Source: Squalus acanthias (Eukaryota). Taken from it: DNA of 64,000 nucleotides. The translations under genes were made by a program, and so were the position numbers. This document shows, piece by piece, positions 36,850 through 49,339 of the stretch. Positions within the stretch are counted from its first letter, which is position 1, and every line of letters begins with the position of its first letter. The stretch covers positions 130,636,001-130,700,000 of the forward strand of contig CM059431.1 of assembly GCA_030390025.1 (NCBI GenBank). Direction: 5' to 3'. The notes beneath the pieces are model-generated. The model saw nothing but the letters and a program-made list of their open reading frames with translations. It had not been told where the DNA came from and did no database searches.

Positions 36850-38330
36850 CCCAGATCCCCGTTGCTCACCACATCCCCATTATACCATCCCTCTGTCACA
36901 GCGTCTCCTGGGCATAAAGCTGAAATGAGAGCCATCACAAAAGATTCCAAACAAAATTAATAAATTTATCCAAAATCACTTCACACATATTTACACTTAT
37001 GATATGAACTAATCACCCTTGTGCAATCCTTTAGTGCCTGTCGTTCGGGTGCCCTTTCCTGTCCTAGTGCTCCTATGAAGTCTTCTCTTCTTCTCTTCTT
37101 AGTCAGTCCCTCGGAACCGAGGATGACTTGCTTCCACACTAAAAATTAGTTCTCAGGTGACTGATGAGTCCAATGTGGGACCTACAGTCTCTGTCACAGG
37201 TGGGGCAGACAGTGGTTGAAGGGGCGGGTGGGTGGGGTGCTTGGGTTGACGTGGGCTCCTTCCGCTGTTTGCGCTTGTCTTCTGCTTGCTTCCGGCAAAG
37301 AGACTCGAGGTGTTCGGCGCCTTCCCGGATGCTTCTCCACCACTTTGTGCGGTCTTGGGCCAGGGATTCCCAGGTGTCGTTGGGGATGTTGCACTTTTTC
37401 AAGGAGGCATTGAGGGTGTCCTTGAAGCGTTTCCTCTGCCCACCTGGGGCTCTCTTGCCGTGTCGGAGCTCCGAGTAGAACGCTTGTTTTGGGAGTGCGG
37501 ACGATGTGGCCCGTCCATCGGAGCTGATTAAGCGTGGTCAAAGCTCACCCTCAGTAAGCTCCCCGCTGGAGTGGAGCTAATCTACAGAACAAATGAGAAA
37601 CTGATCAACCTCCATCGCCTCCAGTCCAGATCTAAGGTCGTCACATCCTCTGTCATCGAATTACAGTATGCAGACGACGCTTGCGTCTGCGCACACTCTG
37701 AGGCCGAACTCCAAACCATCATCAACACCTTCACTGAAGCGTACGAGAGCATGGGCCTTACACTAAACATCCGTAAGACAAAGGTCCTCTACCAACCTGC
37801 CCCCGCCACACAGTATTGCTCCCCGATTATCAAAATCCATGACGAGGCCTTGGACAATGTGGACCACTTTTCATACCTCGGGAGCCTACTGTCAACAAGG
37901 GCAGACGTCGATGACGAAGTCCAACACTGCCTTCAGTGTGCCAGTGCAGCCTTCGGTCACCTGAGGAAGAAAGTGTTTGAAGACCAGGACCTCAAACCCA
38001 GCACCAAGCTCATGGTCCTATGAAGTGCTCCCCCAGTGACTGCAGCATGGCTGGTAGAAGGCTGCTGAGTTTAGATGGCCTTGCAGGACAACCTCGAGCA
38101 GCTCTGGACCTAGAACGCCTGGCTGTACACTGCACCAGCTCAGCATGGGCGGCAGCAGTCTGGGCTGACTGGCTGATGGGCAGCAGCAAGGGCAATGGCG
38201 GTGTGGCAGTGGTGGGAACAGGAATGCTGTCATCCTGAGTGAGGACAGCAGAGTCCTGCTCCACTGACCCACTGCCACTCCCCCAGGCGGTGCCTCAGCA
38301 TTCCTACCAATTTGTTAGAGCAAAGATTGC
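36850..38330. mobile_element. Harbinger internal remnant (convergent 3' ends and Myb C-terminus) hosting the RTE insertion
   Basis: aatcacccttgtgcaatcctttagtgcctgtc and gcagcatggctggtagaaggctg match 47725-47832. Confidence 0.65.
37082..38015 (-). mobile_element. RTE-clade LINE, 5'-truncated and 5'-inverted
   Basis: Minus arm 37082-37541: QLRWTGHI and CPTCDRDCRSHIGLISHLR with a (gaaga)n tail; plus arm 37542-38015: LQYADD...GLTLNIRKTKV...FSYLGS; 11-bp TSD tcctatgaagt at 37071-37081 and 38016-38026. Confidence 0.92.
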
Positions 38331-38481
38331 TGGGCTGTTGCGACATCCTGCAAGCCCCGGTCGACACTGGTAAGCCCAGCCACGATGGCAGCAATCTTAG
38401 CTTGGGTGGTATCAAGATGAGACTGCACAAGAGCAGTCTGAGCTTGGGTGGCATCAAGCTGAGCCTTCATGAGAGCGGTCT

Positions 38482-41400
38482 AAACAAACCTAACCTTTCC
38501 ATGATCAAACATCTTGACCAAATATGTGCGAGGGCCACATATCTTCACTACTCTTCCTGGTAACCACTTTAACCATTTATGGTGATGGTTCTTCACTCTA
38601 ACCTTCTGGTTCAACTTCACACTTTACTCTCTCTAGCTCTATCTTTATCATGACTCTCTTCCTGCCTTGATTGTTTCTCTTCTATGGACTGTGCCAAGTT
38701 TGGCTTTAACAACGAGAACCTGGTTCATGGCTGTCATTTGAAAAACAACTCTGCTGGTTTTCTACCAGTAGTAGTATGAGGAGTATTCCGATAGGTAATC
38801 AGAAAATTTGCCAGTTTGTGGTCCAACGACAACTGACGTTTCTTTGGATTTGGATCCAACATTTGCTTGATGAGGGCACGTTTGACAATCTGTACTGTGC
38901 GCTCTGCTGCACCATTTGAAGCAGGGTGGTACGGTGGAACTTTGGTATGTTTCACACCGTTTCTGCTCATGAACTGTGTGAACTCTTCTGAACAAAATTG
39001 CGGCCCATTATCAGACACAATTTCTTCTGGGAGGCCGTATGAAGAAAACAATCTTCGCAAATTGTCTAGTGTTTTGCTTGTTTTTATTATCTGCATCAGA
39101 AACACCTCTACCCACTTCGAGTGACTATCTATCACTATGAACAATTGCTGTCCTTTTAGCTCAGCAAAATCTAAATGTAACCTTTGCCACACTCTGGGAG
39201 GCCATTTTCATGGCTGTAATGGTACTGATGATGGTTTCTTGCTCACCGATTGACATGTTATACACTGACTGACTATGTACTCTATCTCTTCATCTAAACC
39301 TGACCACCGTAAGTAACTACATGCAAAGCTCTTGGTCAAACACATTCCCAGGTGCTGGTCATGAAGATCTCCTAATAATTTAGACCTGAACCTATTTGGG
39401 ATAACCACTCTTTCTCCCCACATGATACAATCTTTATCCACTGGCAATTCATTCCTACGAACGAAGTATGGATGGATATCTTCCTCTGATACCTGGTTTG
39501 GCTGTCCATTTGCAATGTTTGACACCTTTGACATAATTGCATCACATTTGGTTGCCCTACCAATCTCTTCAGCTGTGACTGGCAGCTCATCAATGTATGA
39601 GAAATAGAACACTTCTTCCTTATTGGGTGTAACTTGTGATGGGGATGGCAACCTGGACATAGCATCAGCATTACTGTGATCAACTGATCTTCTGTACTCA
39701 ATGTCATACGTATACGCTGACAAAATCAAAGCCCATCTCTGCATTCAGACTGCAACTAAGATTGGAACTGGGGACTTTGGATGGAGGATTGTTGTCGGGG
39801 CTTATGGTCGTAACTATGGTAAACTTACGACCAAACAAGTATTTGTGAAACTTCTTGAACCCAAAAATCAATGACAAAGCTTCCCTTTCAATCTGCGCAT
39901 AATTCTGCTCACTGACACTGAGAGTGCGTGAAGCAAAAGCAATTGGTCTCTCCTCCCCACTATCTAGTACATGAGAGATCACTGCCCCAACTCCGTACGG
40001 AGAGGCGTCACACGCTAGCTTGATCTCCTTAGATACATCATAGTGAACTAACATGGTACTCTCTACTAACTGGCTTTTACACTCTTTGAATGCTGGTTCG
40101 CATTCTTTTGACCACTTCCAAGGGACCTGTTTTCTCAATTCAGTGGATTTAACAATGTAGCCAAGTTTGGGAGGAACTTTCCGTAATAATTCAAATGACC
40201 CAAAAATGATCGAAGTTCAGAGACATTAGGGACTGGGTGCATTTCTGATTGCATCCAACTTTCCCTTGGTTGGATGTAAACCATCTTTGTCTACTCTGTG
40301 CCCTAAGTACTCCACTGAGTTTTGAAACAACTCACACTTGTGAGCTGTCACTCGTACTCCGTGCTTCTCTAGCCGTTTGAGCACTACATTCAACACCTCA
40401 TCATGGATTTGCCTGTTGGTGCTGAAATAAGTATGTCATCCAAATAACACACTACCCGTTCAATACCTTGCAAAATTTGGTTCATCAGCCCCTGGAATAT
40501 GTTGGGGGCAGAAGACACTCCAAATGGTAGCCTATTAAACTGATATAGGCCTCGGTGAATATTTATAGTCAAGCATGACTTGGACTCTTCATCTAACTCA
40601 AGTTGTAGGTAGGCATTTGTTAGCTCTAACTTCGAAAAGATCTGGCCATCTGTCAGCGTGTGAACAAATCTTCCACATTTGGCAACGTATTGGGTAGATT
40701 ACACTCTAGAACCTGGTTTACGGTTACCTTATAATCAGCACAGAACTGTACCTTACCTAATGACTTAGGTACAACAACAATGGGTGTAGCCCAATTACTC
40801 AGATCCACCTTAGAGATAATGTTCTCAGTTTCTAGTCTTTTGAGTTCTTGCTCAACTTTCTCCTTGAGTGCATATGGTACAGGACGTGGCTTGCAGTAAA
40901 CTGGTCTTGCGTTCTTCTGCACTCTGACCACCTGTCAGCCTTGGAGTCTTGGAACGGACTGCCCGTTTCGCTGAACACCTTCAGATACTGCTTGATGACA
41001 TCATATTTCGATGCAAATTTCGCGTCCACACGAAAACTAGTCGATAATCACGCAACTTGTCGCAATATAGTGATTCCGGTACTACGCTCACGGATGCACC
41101 AGTGTCGATTTCCATGGGTATCCTGGTTCCTGCGACATCTACTTGGAAGACGATACCTCACGAATCGCTGTTAGATACCTTCATGCTCCTGATGACGTGA
41201 ATCTCCAGAATCTCCTCGTCCTGCTGCTTCTCTTCAACGGTATGAAGTGCCTGGCGATTTTTACTGCTCGCATTGCCAGTCGGTTTACTCTTCGTATTGG
41301 CACGCCTTCGCAAGATGCCCAGTTTTCTTGCAGTAGAAACACTCTGCCTTCACATACGGACAGCTTTGAGCGATGTGTTGTCCCAGGCACCGATAGCATG

Positions 41401-42354
41401 ACTTCAATGCACTGTTACCCTGGCCAGTTGCTGAGGCCTTGGGGCCCAACTGCCTTTTACTTTTAGCCAGCAGCCGATTCACCTCGGTTGTCTGATGATT
41501 GGAAATGGCGCGGAACTCTCGGGAGTATCGGTCAGCCATATCCATCAACATAGCTGTCTGACAAGCTAAGTCAAAAGTCAAGTTAGGGCTAGTCAACAAT
41601 TTACTTCCGATACGTTCATTTTTCAACCCACAAACAAAGCGGTCACGCAAAGCTCGGTCCTGAAAGTTTCCGAAATGACAGTGAATGGATAGCTTTTTTA
41701 AAGCTACAATGTACTCACTGATATCCTCGTCATTTAATTGATCACATATTCCAAAATGATAACTTTCAGCAATTTCCAGGGGCTCAGGACTGTAGTTCTG
41801 TTTTACGTTGGTTAGGATCTCCTTCTGTGGCGTGTCAATCGGCTTAGCGGGAACAAGCACATTTTTCAGGGTTCCATACACCTCAGCGCCTGCTTCCGTC
41901 AAAAAAATAGCCCGTTTCATTTCTAAAACCACCCGGTTACGGTTTACATCATCGGGGACTTCGACAATACTATTTATGGTGAAAAATATTTCTAGCCGCT
42001 CCACACACACTCCGAAAGTCTCTCGGTCATGATGGAACTCAGCCAAGCGCCCTATTATTCCCATAGGTGCGACCATCTGGACTCTGGCAACGTCGACAGT
42101 TCAGCCATGTGTGCTCAAAATTAACCTCGGATTTTTAAGTGTTTCTGCAAAACGAAGAACCTCTAACAGTCCCTCCGTCGGTTGGCAGGATTATCATCCA
42201 ACAAAAATTTCAGCTAGGGAATCCGCAATCGTATCCTCATCGCCAATTCTGTGATATCTTGGGACACAGCATATATGCACAACATAGCTTCCGGGTAAGA
42301 ACTGTACTGCACATGGCTTTATTATTATATACATCAGAAGTCCACTCTATTACA
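38482..42354 (-). mobile_element. Gypsy/Ty3 LTR retrotransposon, decayed and 3'-truncated
   Basis: gag 42076-41285 with CYRC and CFYCKKTGHLAKAC knuckles; protease MEIDTGASVS near 41125-41096; RT (WATPIVVVPK, RLPFGVSSAP, YLDD); RNase H (CDASPYGVG, YAQIEREAL); integrase (HLGMCLTK, LHLDFA, VSDNGPQF, PYHPASNGAAER); domain order PR-RT-RH-IN. Confidence 0.95.
42227..42245 (-). other. Primer-binding site of the Gypsy element (tRNA-Ser(GCT) type)
   Basis: Minus strand TGGCGATGAGGATACGATT, 16/19 match to the complement of the vertebrate tRNA-Ser(GCT) 3' end as recalled; 4 nt from a CA LTR end (candidate short LTR 42250-42354, TGTAA...CACA, with AATAAA). Confidence 0.7.
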
Positions 42355-42480
42355 TAAACAAGTGGGCAAAGGTTTGCCAAACACTTACTCATGAAGAAAA
42401 GTTCAATTTCCTAAAGTATCTGCTATTACTTTTTAATACAAATCCCATACTGTTCACAAAATTAGTACTATTTAACACAC

Positions 42481-44621
42481 TCGTGTTGTGTGACACTACC
42501 AACGTGCTAAATGAGATAGATTCAGAACAGACCTAGCAGCTCAAAACTGGGCACCCATGAGGCGCTGTGGGCCATCAGTAGCAGCAGAGTTGTATTCCAC
42601 CACAATCTGTAACCTCATGGCCCACCATATCCATCACTCTACCATTACCATCAAGCCAGGGGACCAACCCTGGTTCAATAAAGAATGTAGAAGAGCATGC
42701 CAGGAGCAACACCAGGCGTTCCTAAAAATGAGGTGCCAACCTGGTGAAGCTACAACACAGGACTACATACATGCTAAACAGTGAAAACATCCTGCTATAG
42801 ACAGAGCTAAGCAATCCCACAATCAGATCAAAACTCTGCAGTCCTGCCACATCCAGTCGTAAATCATTCACGGGAGGAGGAGGCTCCATGAACATCCCAT
42901 CCTCAATGATGGCAGAGCCCAACACGTGAGTGCAAACGACAAGGCAGAAGCATTCGCAACCATCTTCAGCCAGAAGTGCCGAGTGGATAATCCATCTCGG
43001 CCTCCTCCTGATGTCTCCACCATCACAGAAGCCAGTCTTCAGCCATTTCAATTCACTCCACGTGATATCAAGAAACGGCTGAGTGCACTGCATACAGCAA
43101 AGGCTATGGGCCACGCCAACATCCGGCTGCCGTGCTGAAGACTTGTGCTCCAGAGCTAGCTGCGCCTCTAGCCAAGTTGTTCCAGTACAGGTACAACACT
43201 GGCAATGTGGAAAACTGCCCAAGTATGTCCTGTCCACAAAAAGAAGGAAAAATCCAATCCAGCCAATTACCGCCCCATCAGTCTACTCTCAATCATCAGC
43301 AAAGTGATGGAGGGTGTCGTCGACAGTGCTATTAAGCAGCATTTACTTACCAATAACCTGCTCACCGATACTCATTTTGGGTTCCGCCAGAACCACTCGC
43401 TCCAGACCTCATTACAGCCTTGGTCCAAACATGGACAAAAGAGCTGAATTCCAGAAGTGAGGTAAGAGTGACTGCCCTTGACATCAAGGCAGCAATTGAC
43501 GGTGTGGCAACAAGGAGCCCTAGTAAAATTGAAATCAATGGGAATCAGAGGAAAGACTCTCCACTGGCTGGAGTCATACCTAGCACAAAGGAAGATGGTT
43601 GTGGTTGTTGGAGGCCAATCATCACAGCCCCTGGACATCGCTGCAGGAGTTCCTCAGGGCAGTGTCCTAGGCCCAACCATCTTCAGCTGCTTCATCAATT
43701 GGCTTCCCTCCATCATAAGGTCAGAAGTGGGGATATTCGCTGATGATTGCACAGTGTTCAGTTCCATTCGCAACTCCTCAGTTAATGAAACATTTCGTGC
43801 CCACATGCAGCAAGACCTGAACGACATTCAGGCTTGGGCTGATAAGTGGCAAGTAACATTTGCGCCACACAAGTGCCAGGCAATGACTATCTCCAACAAG
43901 AGAGAGTCTAATCACCGCCTCTTGATATTCAACGACATTACCAATCTGAATCCCCCAACATCAACATCCTGGGGATCACCATTGACCAGAAACTTAACTG
44001 GCCCAGCCACATAAATATTATGGCTACAAGAGCAGGTCAGAGGCTGGGTATTCTGCGGCGAGTGTCTCACCTCCTGACTCCCCAAAGCCTTTCTACCATC
44101 TACAAGGCACAAGTCAGGAGTGTGATGGAATACTCTCCACTTACCTGGATGAGTGCTGCTCCAACAACACTCAAGAAGCTCGACACCATCCAGGACAAAG
44201 CAGCCCGCTTGATTGGCACCCTATCCACCAATTTAAACATTCACACCCTCCACCACCGGCGCACCGTAGCTGCAGTGTACCATCTACAAGATGCACTGCA
44301 GCAACTCGCCGTGGCTTCTTCAACAGCCCCTCCCAAACACCTAGAAGGACAAGGGCAGCAGATGCATGGGAACACCACCATCTGCAAGTTCCCCTCCAAG
44401 TCACACACCGTCCTGACTTGGAAATATATCGCCGTCCCTTTCATAGTCGCTGGGTCAAAATCCTGGAACTCCCTCCCTAAAAGCACTATGGGAGCACCTT
44501 CACCACATGGACTGCAAAAATTCAAGTGGCTCACCACCATCTTCTCAAGGGCAATTAGGGATGGGCAATAAATACTGCCTTGCTAACGATGCCCACATCC
44601 CATGAACGAATTTAAAAAAAA
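42481..44621 (+). mobile_element. Non-LTR LINE, 5'-truncated, RT through 3' UTR and A-tail
   Basis: [44 protein letters not shown] near 44568 and an A-run near 44613; multiple frameshifts. Confidence 0.92.
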
Positions 44622-44828
44622 TCCCGTACTGCTCACAAAATGAGCACTTTTTAATACAATCCCATACTGTTCACAAAATTACATTTTGTTTGTTTTCCAA
44701 TAATATTTTGTAGTAGCTGATAAATTTGTTAGCAGCATTAGAGGCCCTATATCTGTTAATATGTTGCCTCCTGAAGCCTCTTTATCATCTCATATAGCTG
44801 AGACATTAGGTGATCAGTTCTGTGTTAA

Positions 44829-45600
44829 CCTAATTGACCTTAAATATCTTGGGGCTGACTTAATGATTTCTAATACATTTTGTATTGATATAAAGGTATA
44901 TTTTACTACTCTGTGACGTGATACATTGGAATACAAACTGTGCCAGTGTTGGGTCAACCTTGATAGTGTTAAGAGAATCACACTACATACAGAAGTAGCA
45001 ATGTCAATTTGTGACAATAAAATAAATATATAGAATAATGTATACCTTGGACTGATTAAAATCCAGCAATAATTGTATAACAGCCTTGAAATTACTGCCA
45101 GTTGTGCTATTTTTTTATATGTTCTTCTAACATTGTTTCAGTTTTATGGGATATTTGATTTTATCTTGATCATTTTTTCTGCTAGCAGCAGTTAGTGTAG
45201 TTGGTTAATATCAATGGATTCCGTATCCCTCATATGTGATTATATTCATACAAGTAGGATAACAATTGTCATATCATTGCTATAGATTTATCAAGAAATA
45301 ATCTTCTGTTCAGAACTGTAAAGCTCTACATCTGGTATATATTACAAATCGTTGCACACAGCATTTGGAACAGAAATAGTCACACTTACTGTTGCTGTTT
45401 TTAGCAAATGTAGCATCATTACATTATCTGATTTATATAATGTCCTTTCATGAAACTAATTGTTGCCCTAATGGACCTTAAGTATCTTGGGGCTCACTTA
45501 ATGATTTCTAATACATTTTGTATTGATATAAAGGTATATTTTACTACTCTGTGACATGATACATTGGAATACGAACTGTGCCAGTGTTGGGTCAACCTTG
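44829..45600. repeat. 134-bp dispersed direct duplication (44829-44962 and 45467-45600)
   Basis: About 5 substitutions and no indels by visual alignment. Confidence 0.92.
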
Positions 45601-48600
45601 CTCATGCTACTGTATTTCAACCAGAGGTCACACTGCTCATAGTTAGATTCCAGGCCTTAGAACAGCTGCAAGGTTAAAGTAAAAGGCGTAATAATAGGAA
45701 AAAAATTAGTGACAGCATGAAAGTCATTTTGATGGCCTCTAGGCAGCCATGGTGGCCTTGAAACTCAAATCATTACATTTTTCATTAAAGTGGTACAATT
45801 TATCTCTAACTGTGCACATTGACTAGAGTCACTGATGTCAGCAATTCAATAATCCGGATTCCACAAAGGGAAACCAATTAATTTCTTATAACCCAACCAA
45901 ACATTTATATTTTCTGAGTGGAAGAGTAATTTGGAGAGAAGACTTTTGTTGGTTTTAACATTTTAAGCACAAGTATAGAAGAGTATATTTTAATTGGATG
46001 CCTATTTTTCTGTTGTTAGCCAACTGTTGGGGCGAATTTGCATTTTGGTTCATATTTTGATGAACAATGATAAAGGTGAATAGTCTGGAGCTTTGGGGCT
46101 GGATTTTCCACTGGGAACGCACCCATTCTCTGGCAGTCCTGGAGCATTGCTCAGAGGAATATAGAGCAGGGTCGGCCAGAAAGTGTAAGTCCTGCCCTAA
46201 CCCGCTTCCAGAAGACACTACCATCGTTAACGAAATCCCAGCCACCCCACCCCATCTCTGATCCAGTTGGAGCACAGCACTTCTGAAGTATTTGTCCAGA
46301 AATGTACATTTGTGAGCCTCCGTCTAATAAACTCCTGTCACCATGCCAGATTTGAAAAGATTGCAAAAAAACATTTTGGGTTCTCTAAAAGTCCACCATG
46401 ACAAACTTGTGGACGACTACACAATATTGGATCTCTTCAAAAAAATGAGCATTTAGTGCCAGAACCTGGCATTAGTCTTTAAAGAAAGTAAAATGTATCA
46501 GCATAGCAGAAATTGAATTGTAAAGAACAGGTGATTTTTCTGCCCCACAGCACAGGTACAGCAGCTGTCATCAGGTTTCTCCCTCATCATGGCATAAACA
46601 ACATATTTTACATCACCCTGCACCTGTCATTTCTAATACATTCATTGCTATGGTTGGCAATTTCCTGCTCTGCTGCTATAACTTTGTTGGAAGTGTGGCA
46701 AAAATCCAGTTTATGCATGTAAACTCCAAGGGAATGTACCCTACATCTTTGCTAAGATTTGTATAACATTTTTTGAATACAGTATTTTTTTCACAACTGT
46801 TCATCATGTGCATATGCATCCTGTACTGTTACTTTATGGTAGTTTTCAGACTTTGCCTTGACGCTCTTCCTTAAGTAACATTGGGCTAGAAATTCGGCTC
46901 CACAGCGCCCATTTTCCGGTGCTATGGGTGCCGAATTGCGTCTGCACCATGCGCACACAATTCTGGTGCAGGCTGCTCCGGCGCCATTTTGGTGAGGGTG
47001 GTAGGGCGGGCATCAGGAGCACGCCAGAAGTATGTAGAGTAGGCAGATCGTGACGTCAATCAGTGTGCAACGCTGATTTGACGCCGGTGCTGCCATTTTT
47101 GCCCTCAATGCTGGAGCTAACACCCTGTCTTAACCACACACGGCTGAACATGCGTTCAGCAGCAGCAAGGAACCCTCACCAGCGCTATTTAAAGGGATCA
47201 TCAACCACTCTCAGGTTAGTTGCTGATTAATTTCTACTGGCTCTGTGTAAGTTTGTGGAAGTGTTTGGTGGTTTCCAGAGTTGTTTAAAGTTGGTGAGGT
47301 GACAGGGAGTGGTGCTGCAAGTGGTTCTGATTTCAAGGGTTCTGGTCAGACCACTTGCTCCCAGACATGGGTGCTGTAGTTGCTATGCCCCATAGCCTGC
47401 AGCATGACAGGGAGATGGAGCAGAGGCAGCAAAGAAGAGGACAAGCTGCTCGCAGAGGGAAGAGCAGGAGGAAGAGGAACAGGAGGAAGGGAGGAGGCAA
47501 CCAGCACATCCCGTCTCTGGCCGGGCTGCCTGTGATCAGCTCATTCGACTACAGTTCCACTGAACACAACCCCAAATCCCCATTGTATAACAGTCACACA
47601 CCTTACCGTCCCTCTGTTCTGGACCATCACAACATCCTCTTGGCCACAATGCTGAATAAAGCCACCACAAAAGAAACATTCCAAACCAACTTTATACATC
47701 AATATTTCCTAACAAAGTCAACGAATCACCCTTGTGCATTCCCTTAGTGCCTGTCTTCCCTTTGCCTTTGCCTGTTTTAGTGCTCCTACGAAGAGACATC
47801 GCAGTGGCTACAGCATGGCTGGTGGAAGGCTGAGCATCCACTGCAGCACTCAGACGTTGTGTGGCTTCTGCTTGTGCTGCAATGGAAACTGGGACATTGG
47901 CTTTCAGACGCTGCATCATGGTTGGGTCCACAAGTGCACTAATGGAGTTGCCCATCACTTCCATGCTGGCAATCATGGGCTCCAAGCTCTGTGCAAAGCC
48001 CTGTGCAAGGTTCGTGCCAGACTCCTTCAACTCCTTGATATTGCACTCAGGCTTTCTGACAGGCCTGCTAATGCCCCAAGCATTTCATTGTGCATATCCA
48101 TCCGCCTTCTTCTGTAGGCCGCCCCATCGAAATCCTCATCTGAGTCCTGTGCAGCAGAACTCGTGTGCGATCTCGCCCTTGGGGAGCTAGCACCTGCGCT
48201 ACCCTTTCCCCCTGCCCTGGCTGTAGGTCACTCATGCCCGGTGACTCACCACGTGCAGATGCTACCTCTAACCTATCCTCTAAAGTACGCGGAGTGTCAG
48301 TATCTGAGCTAGTGGCTGCAAGTGTGAAATCGAGTGACTGTGCCATGTCTTTATCGTCAGTGTCCTGTTGCTCTTCAATTTCCTCCCCCTCCACCAGTAC
48401 CTGCCAGGTGTCAGTTCTTGGGTATCTGAAAGGAGAAAGGCACAAGGGCAAGGTTGTGGCAAGGGGAGGCAGGGTGGGGAAGCAAGAGATGCATGCTCAC
48501 ACAATGTGCATCTTGTAAATCTGAAGAGATTGTGAGGTGAGGGGGAAGTGGGATGTAAGAAGGAGGATTACATACCGAAATCAAGAGATGGTGCATTTTC

Positions 48601-48695
48601 ATCATTACTTCTTCACTGGCTGAGGAGCTTGAAATGTAAAAGGGACAAGGGTTAGTTTGTGGTGTGGGGCGAGGAGAGAGGAAGAAGTAACGCCA

Positions 48696-48965
48696 TAGAA
48701 TCATAGAATGGTTACAGCACAGAAGAGGCCATTCAGCCCGTCGAGCCCGTGCTAGCTCTCTGCAAGAGCACTTCAGCTAGTCCCACTCCACCGCCCTTTC
48801 CCCACAGCCCTGCAAATTTTTTTCCTTCAGGTACTTATCCAATTCCCTTTTGAAAGCCACGATTGAATCTGCCTCCACCACCCTTTCAGGCTGTGCATCC
48901 CAGATCATAACCACTAGCTGCATAAAAAAAGTTTTTCCTCATGTCACCTTTGGTTCTTCTGCCGC
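48696..48965 (-). mobile_element. CR1 3' fragment nested in Harbinger
   Basis: atagaatcatagaatggttacagcacag tail; similar to the reverse complement of 4750-5005. Confidence 0.85.
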
Positions 48966-49121
48966 TTCTCATTCAAAGTGTGTCAGGTGAGGTAGAAGTG
49001 AGAAGGCGGATTAGGTATGCAGAAACCCTAGTCATCGATCTCACCAACGCCCCCTCCCATTATTGCCAGGACGGTCTCCTCCAGGGGGTTGAGTACGTGA
49101 AGGCGTGCTGCTTCTCCACCA

Positions 49122-49339
49122 TGATGTGGAGATGCCGGTGTTGGACTGGGGTGGACAAATGTGAGAAGTCGCACAACACCAGGTTATAGTCCAACAGCTT
49201 TATTTGAAATCACAAGCTTTCGGAGCGGCTGCTCCTTCGTCAGGTGAAGAAGGAGCACCTGATGAAGGAGCAGCGCTCCGAAAGTTTGTGATTTCAAATA
49301 AAGCTGTTGGACTATAACCTGGTGTTGTGCGACTTCTCA
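49122..49339. mobile_element. 218-bp hairpin element of a second Penelope-type family with two hammerhead motifs (49211-49246 minus, 49256-49290 plus)
   Basis: 13-bp TSD tgcttctccacca at 49109-49121 and 49340-49352; arms 49162-49246 and 49256-49339; 40-nt tail at 49122-49161; core CAC-CUGAYGA-A-GGAGC(loop)GCUCC-GAAA-GY-UU-GUG. Confidence 0.9.

Noticed and set aside
46096..46260. Further Harbinger MITE starting GGGCTGGATTTT
   Set aside because: No matching right TIR or TSD found; at most a fragment. The GC-rich 23870-24890 region was similarly left unassigned
49162..49339. pre-miRNA or classical DNA-transposon MITE
   Set aside because: The one-sided tail, 13-bp TSD and hammerhead cores match the Penelope-type architecture seen at 19107-22728
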